A DNA stretch of 64,000 nt, from assembly GCA_045863855.1 (NCBI GenBank), contig BTVV01000014.1, forward strand, positions 17,690 to 81,689, read 5' to 3'. The number at the start of each line of letters is the position of its first letter. Positions within the stretch are counted from its first letter, which is position 1. Below are positions 39,692-49,917 of this stretch, in pieces. A program made the position numbers and the translations under genes. The notes beneath the pieces are model-generated. The model saw only the letters and a list, made by a program, of their open reading frames with translations. It was not told where the DNA came from and did not search any database. The DNA comes from Planctomycetota bacterium. GTDB lineage: Bacteria > Planctomycetota > SZUA-567 > H5-PLA8.

Positions 39692-41236
39692 ATGGCCCGC
39701 GAGTCCCGCATGCGCATCCCGTTCGATCTCCTGATCGCGCTGATCGGCCTGGAAGCGCTCAAGTCCGAATTATACGTCCTCTTCGGACACCTGCCTTCGC
39801 GCGGGGCTTCGATCGCGGTAGGTGCGGAGCACGGCGGGCCGTTGGACGCGCTGGTGGCGCTGCTGGCGCTGTGGCTGATCGCGTGGCTGGTGCATGAAGG
39901 CCTGGCGCGCGGGGCCGAGTGGCGCACACGCTGGGGCTACTTGCCCGCGGGGCTCGATCCGTACGGCGTGCGTCCGCTGAGCCGGCACGCATCCGAAGCG
40001 CATGCGCGCGGCGTCTGGATCGCGCAGGCCTTCTGCATCGCGCTGTATTTCGCCTTCACTTGGTACTACCGCTGGCCCATGCAGGCGATGGGCTGGCCCG
40101 AATGGCTGGGCCTGGATCGGGTCCTGAGCCGCGAAACGTGCGACGGGTTGGGGGAGAGCGCAGTCATCGGTTGCCTCACCGATCTGGGTCCGTTTCTGGT
40201 CATGCTGCTGTTGAGCTGGGTTCCGAAACGGCGCTTGGCCGAACACGTATCGCGGCGGCCGGTGAGCTTGCGCCGGTTCATCTCTTTCGAGGCGCGTCTG
40301 ACGCTGCTGCCGTGCGTGCTGTGGCTGGCGATGTATCTGCTGACCGATCTGCTGCGGCTGTTTAACGCGGCGGAGGCCTTCGACGGCGCGGGACCGGCGC
40401 CGTGGCTGGCGGTGCTGCTGCCGCTGGTGATTCTGGGCGGCTTTGCGGTGCTGATTCTGCCCTGGCTGGTGGTCTGGGTTTGGCAGTGCAAGCCGCTGCC
40501 GGACGGCCCCTTGAAGGAGCGCCTGGAAGCCCTGATGCAAAAGAGCGGTGTCAAAGCGCGGGCGATCTTGTCGTGGGGGCCCAAAGGTACGGGGCTGGCC
40601 AACGCGGCGGTGCTGGGGCCGTGGGCGCCGATGCGCTACATCCTGATCAGTCCGGGACTGGCCGAGACCCTGGATCTGGACGAATGCGAAGCGGTGCTGG
40701 CGCACGAACTGGGTCACGCGAAGCACGGCCACCTGGGCCTCTTGCTGCTGTTCGTGGTCGTCCTGTCGGCGGTCAGCAACTTCGTGCTGCGGCTGGCGGA
40801 CGATTGGCCGGCCTGGGAACAGGCGGCGTTATTCGTAGCGCTCCTGGGGGTCTGGTTGCGCGTATTCTTCGGCGCGATCTCGCGTTCGTGCGAGCGTGAA
40901 GCGGATCTGGCTTCGGCGGAACTGGTGGGCTCGCCGCGCCCGCTGATCTCGGCCTTGGAAAAGATCGGGACGATGGCCGGCGGCATCCGCGACCTGTACA
41001 GTTGGCATCACGGGTCGATTGCGCAGCGCGTGGCGTATCTGGAGCGGGATGCGCATGATCCGGAAGCGAGCGCGCGGTACCATGCCCGTATGCGGCGGCT
41101 GCGTCTGGGCTTTGCCGCGGTCGCGCTGCTCGCTTTGGGGATCGAGATGGCGTTAGCTTGGCGCGAAGCCGAAGCAGCGCCGGCGAAGGCCGAGGGAGCA
41201 ACCTTTCGGACGAACGCGGATCCTCCGGTACGCTGA
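39692..41236 (+). CDS. M48-family (Ste24/HtpX-like) membrane zinc metalloprotease
   Basis: Multiple TM helices, [32 protein letters not shown]. Confidence 0.9.
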   Translation: MARESRMRIPFDLLIALIGLEALKSELYVLFGHLPSRGASIAVGAEHGGPLDALVALLALWLIAWLVHEGLARGAEWRTRWGYLPAGLDPYGVRPLSRHASEAHARGVWIAQAFCIALYFAFTWYYRWPMQAMGWPEWLGLDRVLSRETCDGLGESAVIGCLTDLGPFLVMLLLSWVPKRRLAEHVSRRPVSLRRFISFEARLTLLPCVLWLAMYLLTDLLRLFNAAEAFDGAGPAPWLAVLLPLVILGGFAVLILPWLVVWVWQCKPLPDGPLKERLEALMQKSGVKARAILSWGPKGTGLANAAVLGPWAPMRYILISPGLAETLDLDECEAVLAHELGHAKHGHLGLLLLFVVVLSAVSNFVLRLADDWPAWEQAALFVALLGVWLRVFFGAISRSCEREADLASAELVGSPRPLISALEKIGTMAGGIRDLYSWHHGSIAQRVAYLERDAHDPEASARYHARMRRLRLGFAAVALLALGIEMALAWREAEAAPAKAEGATFRTNADPPVR

Positions 41237-41255
41237 TCAAGGGAGGTGGGCAAGC

Positions 41256-41600
41256 ATGTCCAAGAGAATCGGGAAACCTCCGGCGCGGTACCTGGAAGTG
41301 CGCAAGCGGCATCCCAAGCTGCTGGCGGCGTACGAGGAATTCGCGCGCGCGTGCGAGCAGGCCGGGCCGCTGAACAAAAGAGAGCAGCGCTTGGTCAAGC
41401 TGGGGCTGTCCTTTGGCGCGCAGATGGAAGGCGCGGCGCATGCGGCGGTGCGCAAAGGATTGGAAGCGGGCTTACAGGAAGCGGATTTGCGCCACGCGGC
41501 GTTTTTGGCCATGAGCACCGTGGGCTTCCCGAACGGCATGAAGTTCATGGCCTGGATCGAGGATGTGCTCGAACCCCGGAAGTCCGCGAAAAAGCGCTGA
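41256..41600 (+). CDS. Carboxymuconolactone decarboxylase / AhpD-like protein
   Basis: AGPLNKREQRLVKLG, EGAAHAAVRK, STVGFP; GGAGG RBS. Confidence 0.88.
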   Translation: MSKRIGKPPARYLEVRKRHPKLLAAYEEFARACEQAGPLNKREQRLVKLGLSFGAQMEGAAHAAVRKGLEAGLQEADLRHAAFLAMSTVGFPNGMKFMAWIEDVLEPRKSAKKR

Positions 41601-41668
41601 AATCGGTAGGCAGAGGCGCGTCCGTAAGGAAGAATAGCAGTGCTTAAACGGCCTACCGAGGGCGAACG

Positions 41669-42079
41669 GTGAGCGACAGGGTGCAACGGTGGTGGCTGGC
41701 AAGCTTGGCGTTGGCCTGCTGGGGCGTCGGAGCCGTGGAAGAGCGGATGCTTGGAACGCTGGAGAAGACCGCCAAGCCCGGTGCGTGCGCGCAGATAACC
41801 GACGCGCTGAGCGAGATTTACTACATCCTCAAGACCCCCGAATCCGAAAAGGCTTGCCGTGAGCTGATGGGCCATAAGGTGGTCTTGGTGGGCGTGGTCG
41901 AAAAGCGCGCCGGCGACGACGATTACTATTTCAGCCTGAAATCGGTGGAGGCCTATCGGCGCGAAAACGAGCGCGAGCCGCCGCCTACGGCGCGGCCGGG
42001 TCAAGGCACCTTGCCGTTGCCTCCCCCGTCCCCAGACCCGGCTCCACCGCCAGTGGAAGCGAAGACCGCGAATCCCTAG
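41669..42079 (+). CDS. Small secreted hypothetical protein with Pro-rich tail
   Basis: Signal-like N-terminus, OB-fold-like GHKVVLVGVV, Pro-rich C-terminus. Confidence 0.65.
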   Translation: MSDRVQRWWLASLALACWGVGAVEERMLGTLEKTAKPGACAQITDALSEIYYILKTPESEKACRELMGHKVVLVGVVEKRAGDDDYYFSLKSVEAYRRENEREPPPTARPGQGTLPLPPPSPDPAPPPVEAKTANP

Positions 42080-42088
42080 GCGCCGCCC

Positions 42089-42187
42089 ATGGACCGATTC
42101 TGGCTTGGGGCTATGGTGGGGGTGGGGCTGGCGTTTTTCGTCCTGCTTTTTCGCCAGTGGCGGCGCATCTGGCGCTCGCGAAAGTAA
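42089..42187 (+). CDS. Putative 32-aa single-TM peptide
   Basis: Manual translation MDRFWLGAMVGVGLAFFVLLFRQWRRIWRSRK; begins 9 nt after the upstream stop. Confidence 0.5.
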   Translation: MDRFWLGAMVGVGLAFFVLLFRQWRRIWRSRK

Positions 42188-42203
42188 TTCGAGCGATTAC
42201 GGA

Positions 42204-42488
42204 CTACGAGTGCCCATTAACCTTTTTGCTTCGGGGCTTCGTGATGCACTGGCGCAGCAGGAAGTCGATCTGTTCGGTGGATAGGCCTAACCCGTCCTGT
42301 AGCTTAACCTTGGAGCGAGGCGTAGCCTTCACCTTGCCGTGCTCAAGGCGAAAGAGCGTGGCCGGGCTGAGGCCCGTCTTCTTGGACATATCCCGTAAGG
42401 TCATGCCCAAGCGGATGCGGTAGGTAATGAGATCGGTCCGCGGATCGGGTTTGGGACGCGATTCGGATGTCTTGTCTCTGTCCGACAC
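42204..42488 (-). CDS. Small XRE/Cro-type HTH protein
   Basis: YRIRLGMTLRDMSKKTGLSPATLFRLEHGKVKA HTH_3 pattern; GAGGA RBS. Confidence 0.85.
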   Translation of the reverse strand: MSDRDKTSESRPKPDPRTDLITYRIRLGMTLRDMSKKTGLSPATLFRLEHGKVKATPRSKVKLQDGLGLSTEQIDFLLRQCITKPRSKKVNGHS

Positions 42489-43169
42489 GGAGAATCCTCA
42501 TGAAGCCCGAGCAAGAACAAGAAGGTAGGTACAAGAACCCCTAATTACGACTTCTCCGCGCAAGGTCAATCGCCAAGCCGAGATTGCGTTTCACTTGTTT
42601 CACTTTTGAGCTGGTGATGAACGAACTGAAATGGACCGGATACGGAAGCGAATCGCGGAAGATTCGCTGTGGCACTCAAATGGGACGACATGTAAGCGGG
42701 AAGCTCCCCCTACTACTGGTTGAATCGTCCCAACGGATCATGGAGCGAGCCCCTATTTCAGGGCTCGTTTCATCCGAAGACGCTCCGCTTGGCTTACGGA
42801 CCGCCACGTGGTGAAGCGCCTCGAATTCCATAGGGTGCATAGCGTATCCAATTTCAAGCCCAGATGCAGCTACAAAGCGTAACGATGTTTCATCCTTAGT
42901 CATTTACGCCTATTTATGCCACCAATGCCAGACATCGGCTCAAGCGTGATGGGCGCCATTAGGAAGTGTAAAGTGTTATTGTGGAAAAGTTTAAATTGAA
43001 GTAGGGGCTTAACCGGGGGTGTGTTGCACGCGTGCGTACGAAGTTGCATTTTATTGGGCTACCGAGGTTCGGATGAAGCAACTTAGTGAGTCCGGGGGCT
43101 AGCGGTATGATGGAGGCAGGGAGTTGAAATGAAAAGAGTTAAGCCCTTGCGCCTGTGAGTTTTTCAGCC

Positions 43170-43198
43170 TTGACATGGTTTCCGCACGGAACTACGAT
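43170..43198 (+). promoter_or_regulatory. Near-consensus sigma70 promoter
   Basis: TTGACA (43170-43175)-17 nt-TACGAT (43193-43198). Confidence 0.75.
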
Positions 43199-43388
43199 TC
43201 GCGCGTCATTCAATGTTTGTAAAGGCTAGCTGCGACCGCTCCTTAGAAGTAACTGGAGCGAGTTGCGGACCTCGCATCGGCTTGGCCGAGCGCGAGCCGC
43301 GTTTCCCGTTCGGGGGGCGCGGGCGCATAGTTTGGGCTATCGCGGGGCGCATGGTGGGCGCGTACCCGGGCGTTCGGAGGAAGCCGTA

Positions 43389-46076
43389 ATGACGGAGCGA
43401 ATGCCGCGGTCTTTCAGGGCCGGTTGGGGCACGCTGGTGCTGGCGGGCGTACTCGCGGCGGTGGTAGCGCCGCAGGTGGCGCACGCGCAGGCCGACCCCG
43501 CGCAGATGGAGGCGCTGTGGCGCGAGGGCGTAGACCTCTACCTGCAAGGGCGCTTCACCGAAGCTCAGCGTAAGCTGCATCAGTTGCTGAGCATGGAGCC
43601 GCGCAAGGAGATGGCCGCTCGGCTGGTAGATGAGGCCGGTCCGCGCATCGTGGCGCAGATGATGGCCAATCCGCGGATGGGCAACGAACCCACCTACGTT
43701 TGGCAGCTTTACCGCAAGTACTACGTCAGCAAGCTGGCCGACCAGGAACGCATGGCCAAGATGGCCGCGCGCGTGGTCGATCCTGCGACGAGTGAAGACG
43801 AGCGCGTGCAGCTTTACCGCGAGTTCGGCGAACTGGGCCACTACGCAATTCCGACGCTCTCCAAGTACCTGAACGATCAGCAGCACGAAGATTTCCGGAC
43901 GCAGGCCCGCATCGTGCTGGCGCGGATGGGTTCGCGCGCGGTGCTGCCGCTGATCGAACTGACTCGCCATCCGGACGTGCTGATGCGCGAAAACGCGGTC
44001 CTGACGCTGACGGATATCCAGCCGCTGGACGAGCGTGCGATTCCGGCCCTGAAGGAACGCCTGGAAGACGCGAAGGAGTCCGAGACCTGCAAGCGCCTCG
44101 CGACGCGCGCGATCGAACAGGTCACTGGCCTGCCGACGGCGCAGCTCAAGAAGGCGAGCACCTACTACTACGAAGCCGCGAATAAGTACTACCTCGAACG
44201 CGCGGGTGCGGCCGACGAAGCCGAGGAAGTTGACGGCTTCATCTGGCATCTGAACGAAGGCGGCGAGTTGATTCCGGTCCTGTATCCGCTGTGGGCCTGG
44301 AACGAACAGATGGCTGAAGATCTTGCGCTGCGCGGGATGAGCCTGGAAGTCGACCAGACGGACTTCTACCCGCTGGCCGCGTGCATCTGGGCGGCGCAGT
44401 ACATGGAAGTCAAGGATCTGGTGGACGTGATCAACGAAGCGCCGCTGCAGCACTACTACAGCGAGGAAGAGAAGCAGCAGGTGTTGGAGTGGAATCAGAA
44501 GCTGATCGACTGCCGCAATCTGGTTTCGGCATGCGGCAAGTACTACGTCAACGCGGGCTTGAACAAGGTTTACCGCGACCTGAAGCGCTACCCTGGGCAC
44601 GGCAAGCTGCCGGGCGTAGGCGTCTTCCTGGCCGAACGGCTGGCGGATCTGGATCCGACGGGCGAATTGCTGCCCCCGCCGCCTCCGCCTCCGGTTGTGG
44701 CGCCGGCGGCTCCGGTGGCCGAGTCGCCGGTCCTGACCAGCATCGCGATTTCGCCGGCTAATGCCCACGTTTCGCCGGGGCAGACGCGCCGGTTCAAGGC
44801 CACGGCGCTGGACCAGTTCGGCAAGAAGATCGACGGCGTGGCGTTCCGCTGGACGTGCGAAGGCGGCACGATCGACGAGTCGGGAGTGTACACCGGCCGC
44901 GATCCGGGCGGTCCGTATCCGGTTTGGGCCGAAGCGTTGAATCCGGACGGCACGATCATGGGCGCGCAAAAGGCCGAAGCGACGGCCTCGGTGGCGCCGC
45001 CGCCGGCGCCGGGCGAAGGTCCGACGCGCCCGGCCGGTTCGGGTTCGGGCCTGCCGGAGCCGATCGAACTGGATGCCGATCCGACTCCGACGAGCGCGGC
45101 CCTGATTAACGGGCTGACCTGCAACGACCAGAACATCGAGTACGCCTGCGCTCTGGCGCTGGCCCGCATCAACCGCTTCCCCGATGCGTGGCAGGGCAGC
45201 GAGCGCGTGGGCAGCCTGCTGGCGCGGGGGGTGAGCGAGAACCAGCCCATCCAGATCCTTGTGGTGGACGAAGACCACAACAGCCGCAACCACATGCGCA
45301 CGGTGCTGGAAGCCGAAGGCTATCTGGTCACCGACGCGGTGGACGGGCGCGACGGGTTGATCAAAGCCCGCAGCTTCCCGCCGAAGGATACGATCCTGAT
45401 CGCGACCGAACTGCGCCGCGACCTGACTCCGGAACAGTTGATGGAAGAACTGCGCGCGGACGTGCGTACGCGCTACACGCCGGTGGGCATCCTGCACCTG
45501 ACGGCCGACCGCGATCCGGTGCGCGCGCGCTACGGCACGGAGATCCCGACGGTCGAGCGCGAAATGAAGGGCCATGACTTGAAGGGTGCGATCGAGAAAA
45601 TCGAGCAGCGCCGCGCGGCGGAATCGATTCCGAAGCGCAAGGCGCACGAGATCTCGGTGGCCTGCGCGCAGGCGCTGAGCAAGCTGGACATCCGGGCAAC
45701 GAATATCGTCCTGGCCGACGGCGTGAAGGCGTGCGCCGAGGCGCTGAAGAACCGCAAGGACGACGTGCGCATTCCGGCGGCCACGGCCATCGGGCAGGCG
45801 CGCGGCGGCGACATGAAGGATGCGGCGGCCGAAGCGCTGCTGGGAGTCTTCCAAGATGGCCAGAACGCGACGGAATTGCGCCTCGCGGCCTTGAAGAGCC
45901 TGGCCGATGTGAAGCCCGAGGCTTACGCCGACGTTTACTTGAAGGCCCAGACCGAACAGGAGCATGTCCTGCAAGAATGGGCGGCGGTCAATTTCGGCAA
46001 GCACGAACGGACCAACAAGTCCCTGTACGAGTTCCTCCGCTCGAAGCGCATCGATAAGGACAAAAAGGAGAAGTAA
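43389..46076 (+). CDS. Exported HEAT-repeat protein with Ig-like domain and degenerate receiver domain
   Basis: Signal peptide ending AHA-Q, HEAT repeats, Pro linkers flanking an Ig-like domain (LTSIAISPANAHVSPGQT), REC-like ILVVDED...GY.V..AVDG, C-terminal HEAT; GGAGG RBS. Confidence 0.85.
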   Translation: MTERMPRSFRAGWGTLVLAGVLAAVVAPQVAHAQADPAQMEALWREGVDLYLQGRFTEAQRKLHQLLSMEPRKEMAARLVDEAGPRIVAQMMANPRMGNEPTYVWQLYRKYYVSKLADQERMAKMAARVVDPATSEDERVQLYREFGELGHYAIPTLSKYLNDQQHEDFRTQARIVLARMGSRAVLPLIELTRHPDVLMRENAVLTLTDIQPLDERAIPALKERLEDAKESETCKRLATRAIEQVTGLPTAQLKKASTYYYEAANKYYLERAGAADEAEEVDGFIWHLNEGGELIPVLYPLWAWNEQMAEDLALRGMSLEVDQTDFYPLAACIWAAQYMEVKDLVDVINEAPLQHYYSEEEKQQVLEWNQKLIDCRNLVSACGKYYVNAGLNKVYRDLKRYPGHGKLPGVGVFLAERLADLDPTGELLPPPPPPPVVAPAAPVAESPVLTSIAISPANAHVSPGQTRRFKATALDQFGKKIDGVAFRWTCEGGTIDESGVYTGRDPGGPYPVWAEALNPDGTIMGAQKAEATASVAPPPAPGEGPTRPAGSGSGLPEPIELDADPTPTSAALINGLTCNDQNIEYACALALARINRFPDAWQGSERVGSLLARGVSENQPIQILVVDEDHNSRNHMRTVLEAEGYLVTDAVDGRDGLIKARSFPPKDTILIATELRRDLTPEQLMEELRADVRTRYTPVGILHLTADRDPVRARYGTEIPTVEREMKGHDLKGAIEKIEQRRAAESIPKRKAHEISVACAQALSKLDIRATNIVLADGVKACAEALKNRKDDVRIPAATAIGQARGGDMKDAAAEALLGVFQDGQNATELRLAALKSLADVKPEAYADVYLKAQTEQEHVLQEWAAVNFGKHERTNKSLYEFLRSKRIDKDKKEK

Positions 46077-46109
46077 GCGGAGCGCGCCGGACGGGAGTTA
46101 GCTACAATC

Positions 46110-46144
46110 AAGGGGCCTCGGAACGAACCGAGGCCCCTTTTTTT
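46110..46144 (+). terminator. Rho-independent terminator
   Basis: AAGGGGCCTCGG-AACGAA-CCGAGGCCCCTT followed by a T-run. Confidence 0.9.
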
Positions 46145-46167
46145 ATCGGCGGTGCAGGGGGTTGTAG

Positions 46168-48018
46168 GTGGAGCAGCGCAAGGGCCTCGTTCGGGTAGTG
46201 GCCGTGGCGGTACTCATCGGCGTACTTGCGCCGTCGCTGGTCGCGCGCTGCTTTACGGCGGGGTATTTGCGCCACTGGGACGACGGCCTGCTGGTGCTGG
46301 GCAATCCGATTGCGGAAAAGGGACTGAACGCCGCGGGTCTGGAGGCGGCTTTCGCCGGTCCCTTTCGCGGCGAATGGACGGTGCCGGGTTATCTACCGCT
46401 CACGTTCGTCTCTTTCGGCATCGAGCATGCGCTTTTCGGCCAGCATCCGGCGCTGAGCCGGCTGATCAATCTGCTGCTGCATTTGGCCACCGCGCTGCTG
46501 CTCTGGCGGATCATCACCAAATTCCTGCCGCGCATCGAGACGAATTACGCCGCGTGGGCGGGCTTGCCGGTGCTGCTCTTCGCTGTGCATCCCACGAACG
46601 TCGAATCGGTGGCGTGGATTACCGAGCGTAACAATGTGCTGGCGGCCTTCTTCGCCATGGCGGCGTTGTGCGTGCTGGCGCGCCGCCATCCGTTTTCGGA
46701 AGCCGAAGCGGCCTTCGAACCGCCGGGCGTGGGGCGCTGGCTGGGGGCTTGGGGGCTCTTCGCGTTGGCCTGCCTGTCTAAAGGCAGCGCAGTCGCTTGG
46801 GCGCCGGCGTTGATCGGATTCGAGGTGCTGATGGTGCGGGGCTCCCTCGTGGGCCGGTTGGGCCGAGCGCTGAGCTTCCTTGTATTGGGCGGCCTGTGCG
46901 CTTGGGTCAACATGAAGACTTACGCTTCGGTCGATGTCGGGCCGGTTCAAGGGGACTTCGGCAGGTACTTCATGACCGCCGTTTCGGTGCTGGGGTATTA
47001 CGCACTCAATTTGTGCTGGCCGTTCAAACTGGCCTACGCGTACGCCGTGCCTCCGGTGCTCACACCTACGGAGACCCCATTCCTGATCGGGCTCGCGGTG
47101 GCGGTCGTGGGCGTCGTGGCGCTTTTCTGGGCCGTCTTGCAGACACGGGCGGCGCTGCTGATCGTGCTCTGGGTCTTGGGCTCGTTGGGATTGTTCCTGA
47201 TGCCGCGCGGACCGGGACTGGCTCCGCTGATGCACGATCGGTTCCTGTATTGGGCGCTTCCGGGGATCGCGATGGGTCTGGCGCTGATGCAGGACGGTCT
47301 GTTCTGCCGCTTCGGTTACGTGATGGCCTTTATGGAGCAGGTCGCGCGCGGTTTCGCGCTGGTCCTGTATATCGCATTGGCCGGACTGTTCGGCTGGCAA
47401 GCCTGCAACCGCAGCGCCGTCTTTAGCGACGAGATCGCGCTCTTCGAAGACAGCATTCGCAAAGAACCGCGCAGCGGGTTGGGGCGGTACTGGCTGGCCG
47501 ATCAGTACGTCGTGACGGTGCTGGAGGGCGGCGAGGGCCTCAGCAAGGAAGCGAAGATCGAATATTTGGAGAGCGCGTTGGAGCATATCCACGCGGCGCG
47601 TCTGGGCGTGAACATCGAACGGCATCCCGCGCCGCTGCTGCTGGAGCACCGGGAAGGCACGATCCTGTTCATGCTGGGTCAGTTGGATAAAGCGGTTCCG
47701 TTCTTCGAAAAGATGCTGGCCGTTCCAGCCGAGAAGCTGCGTGAGAACGAGAAGCCGTCCATATTCGAAGCGCATTACGCGCTGGCCGAGATTGCGCGCA
47801 TGCAGAATCCTTCGGATTGGTCAAAGGCGATGCACCATTTAGATGCGGCCTTGAAGGATCGGCCCACGCATACTCGGACGCTGCAACTGAAAGCTCAGGC
47901 GCTGGAAGCCATGAATCGAATCCCCGAAGCCATAGAGGTTTATCGTATCCTGAAGGAGCAGCCGGAGGCCGCCGAGGCAGCCTCGAAGGCGCTCTTGCGG
48001 TTGGCTCCTGCACCTTGA
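46168..48018 (+). CDS. TMTC-like GT-C membrane glycosyltransferase with C-terminal TPRs
   Basis: WDD..NP, YLPLT, NLLLH, LFAVHPTNVESVAWITER, LSKG, DRFLY, many TM helices, TPR tail. Confidence 0.85.
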   Translation: MEQRKGLVRVVAVAVLIGVLAPSLVARCFTAGYLRHWDDGLLVLGNPIAEKGLNAAGLEAAFAGPFRGEWTVPGYLPLTFVSFGIEHALFGQHPALSRLINLLLHLATALLLWRIITKFLPRIETNYAAWAGLPVLLFAVHPTNVESVAWITERNNVLAAFFAMAALCVLARRHPFSEAEAAFEPPGVGRWLGAWGLFALACLSKGSAVAWAPALIGFEVLMVRGSLVGRLGRALSFLVLGGLCAWVNMKTYASVDVGPVQGDFGRYFMTAVSVLGYYALNLCWPFKLAYAYAVPPVLTPTETPFLIGLAVAVVGVVALFWAVLQTRAALLIVLWVLGSLGLFLMPRGPGLAPLMHDRFLYWALPGIAMGLALMQDGLFCRFGYVMAFMEQVARGFALVLYIALAGLFGWQACNRSAVFSDEIALFEDSIRKEPRSGLGRYWLADQYVVTVLEGGEGLSKEAKIEYLESALEHIHAARLGVNIERHPAPLLLEHREGTILFMLGQLDKAVPFFEKMLAVPAEKLRENEKPSIFEAHYALAEIARMQNPSDWSKAMHHLDAALKDRPTHTRTLQLKAQALEAMNRIPEAIEVYRILKEQPEAAEAASKALLRLAPAP

Positions 48019-48225
48019 TAGGTGGCAGTGTCCGCAAAGGCGCCGTGTGCACTTTATAAAGCACGTGCCGATCATTGGTTATGGAAATGTATTCGCTCTT
48101 GACTGAACTTGTCCAGATTACTAGAAGTGAACAGGAAATTTCCATCTGCGTACTCCGGTAGCGGTCGTGTACAAGGTATTCACCTTGCGCATGACCTGGC
48201 CGCCCGCCCGAATGAGAGGACGCGC

Positions 48226-49857
48226 ATGCTCTGCCGACAACTCTACGAAGTGCAGGAGAAGTACGGGTACGTGCCCGAGAAGGAGATGCGGGAGCTGGCC
48301 CGCCGCAACGGGATCCCGGTTTATGAGGTTTTCGGTGTCGCGACGTTCTACCCGGGCTACCGCACGACGCCGCCGCCGAAGGCGAGCATCAACGTGTGCC
48401 GGGACTTCCCGTGCCATTTGCGCGGCGCTCCGAAGCTGCGCCAGAAGATCGAGGACTTGGTTCGCGAAAGCGGCGTACCGGGCATCGAACTGGGCGGGGT
48501 GAGCTGCCTGGGGCAGTGCGACGGCAGTCCGGCGGTGCAGATCAACGACGCGTCGTACGCGCGAAAAAGCGAAGACGAGATTCTGAAGCTGGTTCAGGAA
48601 GCGATCGCGGGAAAGAAGATCGCGGAGCAGCATTTCGGCCCGATGGCGAAGGGTCCGTTCAAGACCAACCCTTACGCGGAAGGCGAGAAGTACGGCGCGC
48701 TGAAGGCGCTGGCGAAGTCGAAGGACTTCGAGGGCGTGATCGCACAGTTGAAGGCCGCGAACCTGAAGGGGATGGGCGGCGCGGGCTTCCCCACGGGGGT
48801 GAAGTGGGAAGGCGTGCGCAAGTGCCAGAACGACGAGAAGTACGTGGTCTGCAACGCGGACGAAGCGGAAGTCGCGACGTTCAAGGACCGCGAGATCATG
48901 AAGTCGCTGCCGCACCTGGTGGTTGAAGGCATGGCCATCGCGGCGCTGGTGACGGGCGCCTCGCAGGGCTACATCTACATCCGCCACGAATACCACGACC
49001 AGATTCACAGCATGGAAGAGGAGATCAAGCGCGCGCGCGAAGCGGGCATCCTGGGGAAGGATTGCTGCGGGAGCGGGCAGAAGTACGACATGGAAGTCTT
49101 CGTCAGCCCCGGGGGGTACGTGCAGGGCGAAGAGAGCGCGCTGCTGGAGGCGATCGAAGGCAAGCGCGGCCAGCCGCGGGTGAAGCCTCCGTTCCCGGTC
49201 TTCGTGGGCCTGTGGGGCAAACCCACAGTGATCAACAACGTCGAGACGCTGGCGTACGTGCCCGCAATCCTGGTCAAGGGCGTGGACTGGTTCAAAGGCC
49301 AGGGCAAGAACGGAAGCGAAGGGTTGAAGTGGATCGGCGTGAGCGGGCACGTGAAGAATCCCGGCGTCTTCGAAGTGCCGATGGGGACGACGTACCGCGA
49401 AGCGATCTACGAACTGGCCGGCGGAATCCTGGGCGACAAGAAGCTGAAGGGCTTCGCACCGTCGGGTCCGTCGGGCGGCTTCCTGCCGGCCTCGATGGTC
49501 GACCTCTCGATGGACTGGAAGAAAATGGCCGACGCGGGAAGCATGCTGGGTTCGGGCGCGATCGTGGCCATCGCCGAAGGGACAGACCTGGTCGAGTTGG
49601 CGCTGAATGCGACGCAGTTTTACCGCAACGAGTCGTGCGGGAAGTGCGTGCCGTGCCGCGTGGGCAGCCAAAAGCTGGTGGACCTGCTGCACCGGATGGC
49701 CAAGAAGGAAGGGAAGCGCGAGGACTTCGAAACGATCCAGCGCCTGAGCGACACGATGCTGATGACGAGCATCTGCGGGCTGGGCCAGGTGGTCTCCGCG
49801 CCGATCGATTCGGTGCTGAAGCACTTTAAGGGCGAAGTGGACGCCAAGATCAAGTAG
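48226..49857 (+). CDS. Fused NuoE-like [2Fe-2S] + NuoF-like FMN/NADH-binding [4Fe-4S] diaphorase subunit
   Basis: VATFY, CRDFPC...CLGQC; GMGGAGFPTGVKW, CNADE, YVQGEESALLEAIEG..GQPR, NNVET, CGKCVPCR...SICGLG. Start 48226 has a GAGGA RBS. Confidence 0.93.
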   Translation: MLCRQLYEVQEKYGYVPEKEMRELARRNGIPVYEVFGVATFYPGYRTTPPPKASINVCRDFPCHLRGAPKLRQKIEDLVRESGVPGIELGGVSCLGQCDGSPAVQINDASYARKSEDEILKLVQEAIAGKKIAEQHFGPMAKGPFKTNPYAEGEKYGALKALAKSKDFEGVIAQLKAANLKGMGGAGFPTGVKWEGVRKCQNDEKYVVCNADEAEVATFKDREIMKSLPHLVVEGMAIAALVTGASQGYIYIRHEYHDQIHSMEEEIKRAREAGILGKDCCGSGQKYDMEVFVSPGGYVQGEESALLEAIEGKRGQPRVKPPFPVFVGLWGKPTVINNVETLAYVPAILVKGVDWFKGQGKNGSEGLKWIGVSGHVKNPGVFEVPMGTTYREAIYELAGGILGDKKLKGFAPSGPSGGFLPASMVDLSMDWKKMADAGSMLGSGAIVAIAEGTDLVELALNATQFYRNESCGKCVPCRVGSQKLVDLLHRMAKKEGKREDFETIQRLSDTMLMTSICGLGQVVSAPIDSVLKHFKGEVDAKIK

Positions 49858-49917
49858 GCGTTCGGATCCATTCGTACGGCAGGCGCCGCGAACCGTTTCG
49901 ACCGAGGAATCCGACCG

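Noticed and set aside
43033..43047. TGCGTACGAAGTTGC as a sigma54 promoter
   Set aside because: Lacks the invariant GG at -24.
43206..46004. 932-aa minus-strand ORF (likewise 24764..26281, 36776..38686, 55345..57054, 16393..18546)
   Set aside because: Shadow ORFs opposite well-supported genes, with no recognisable domains.
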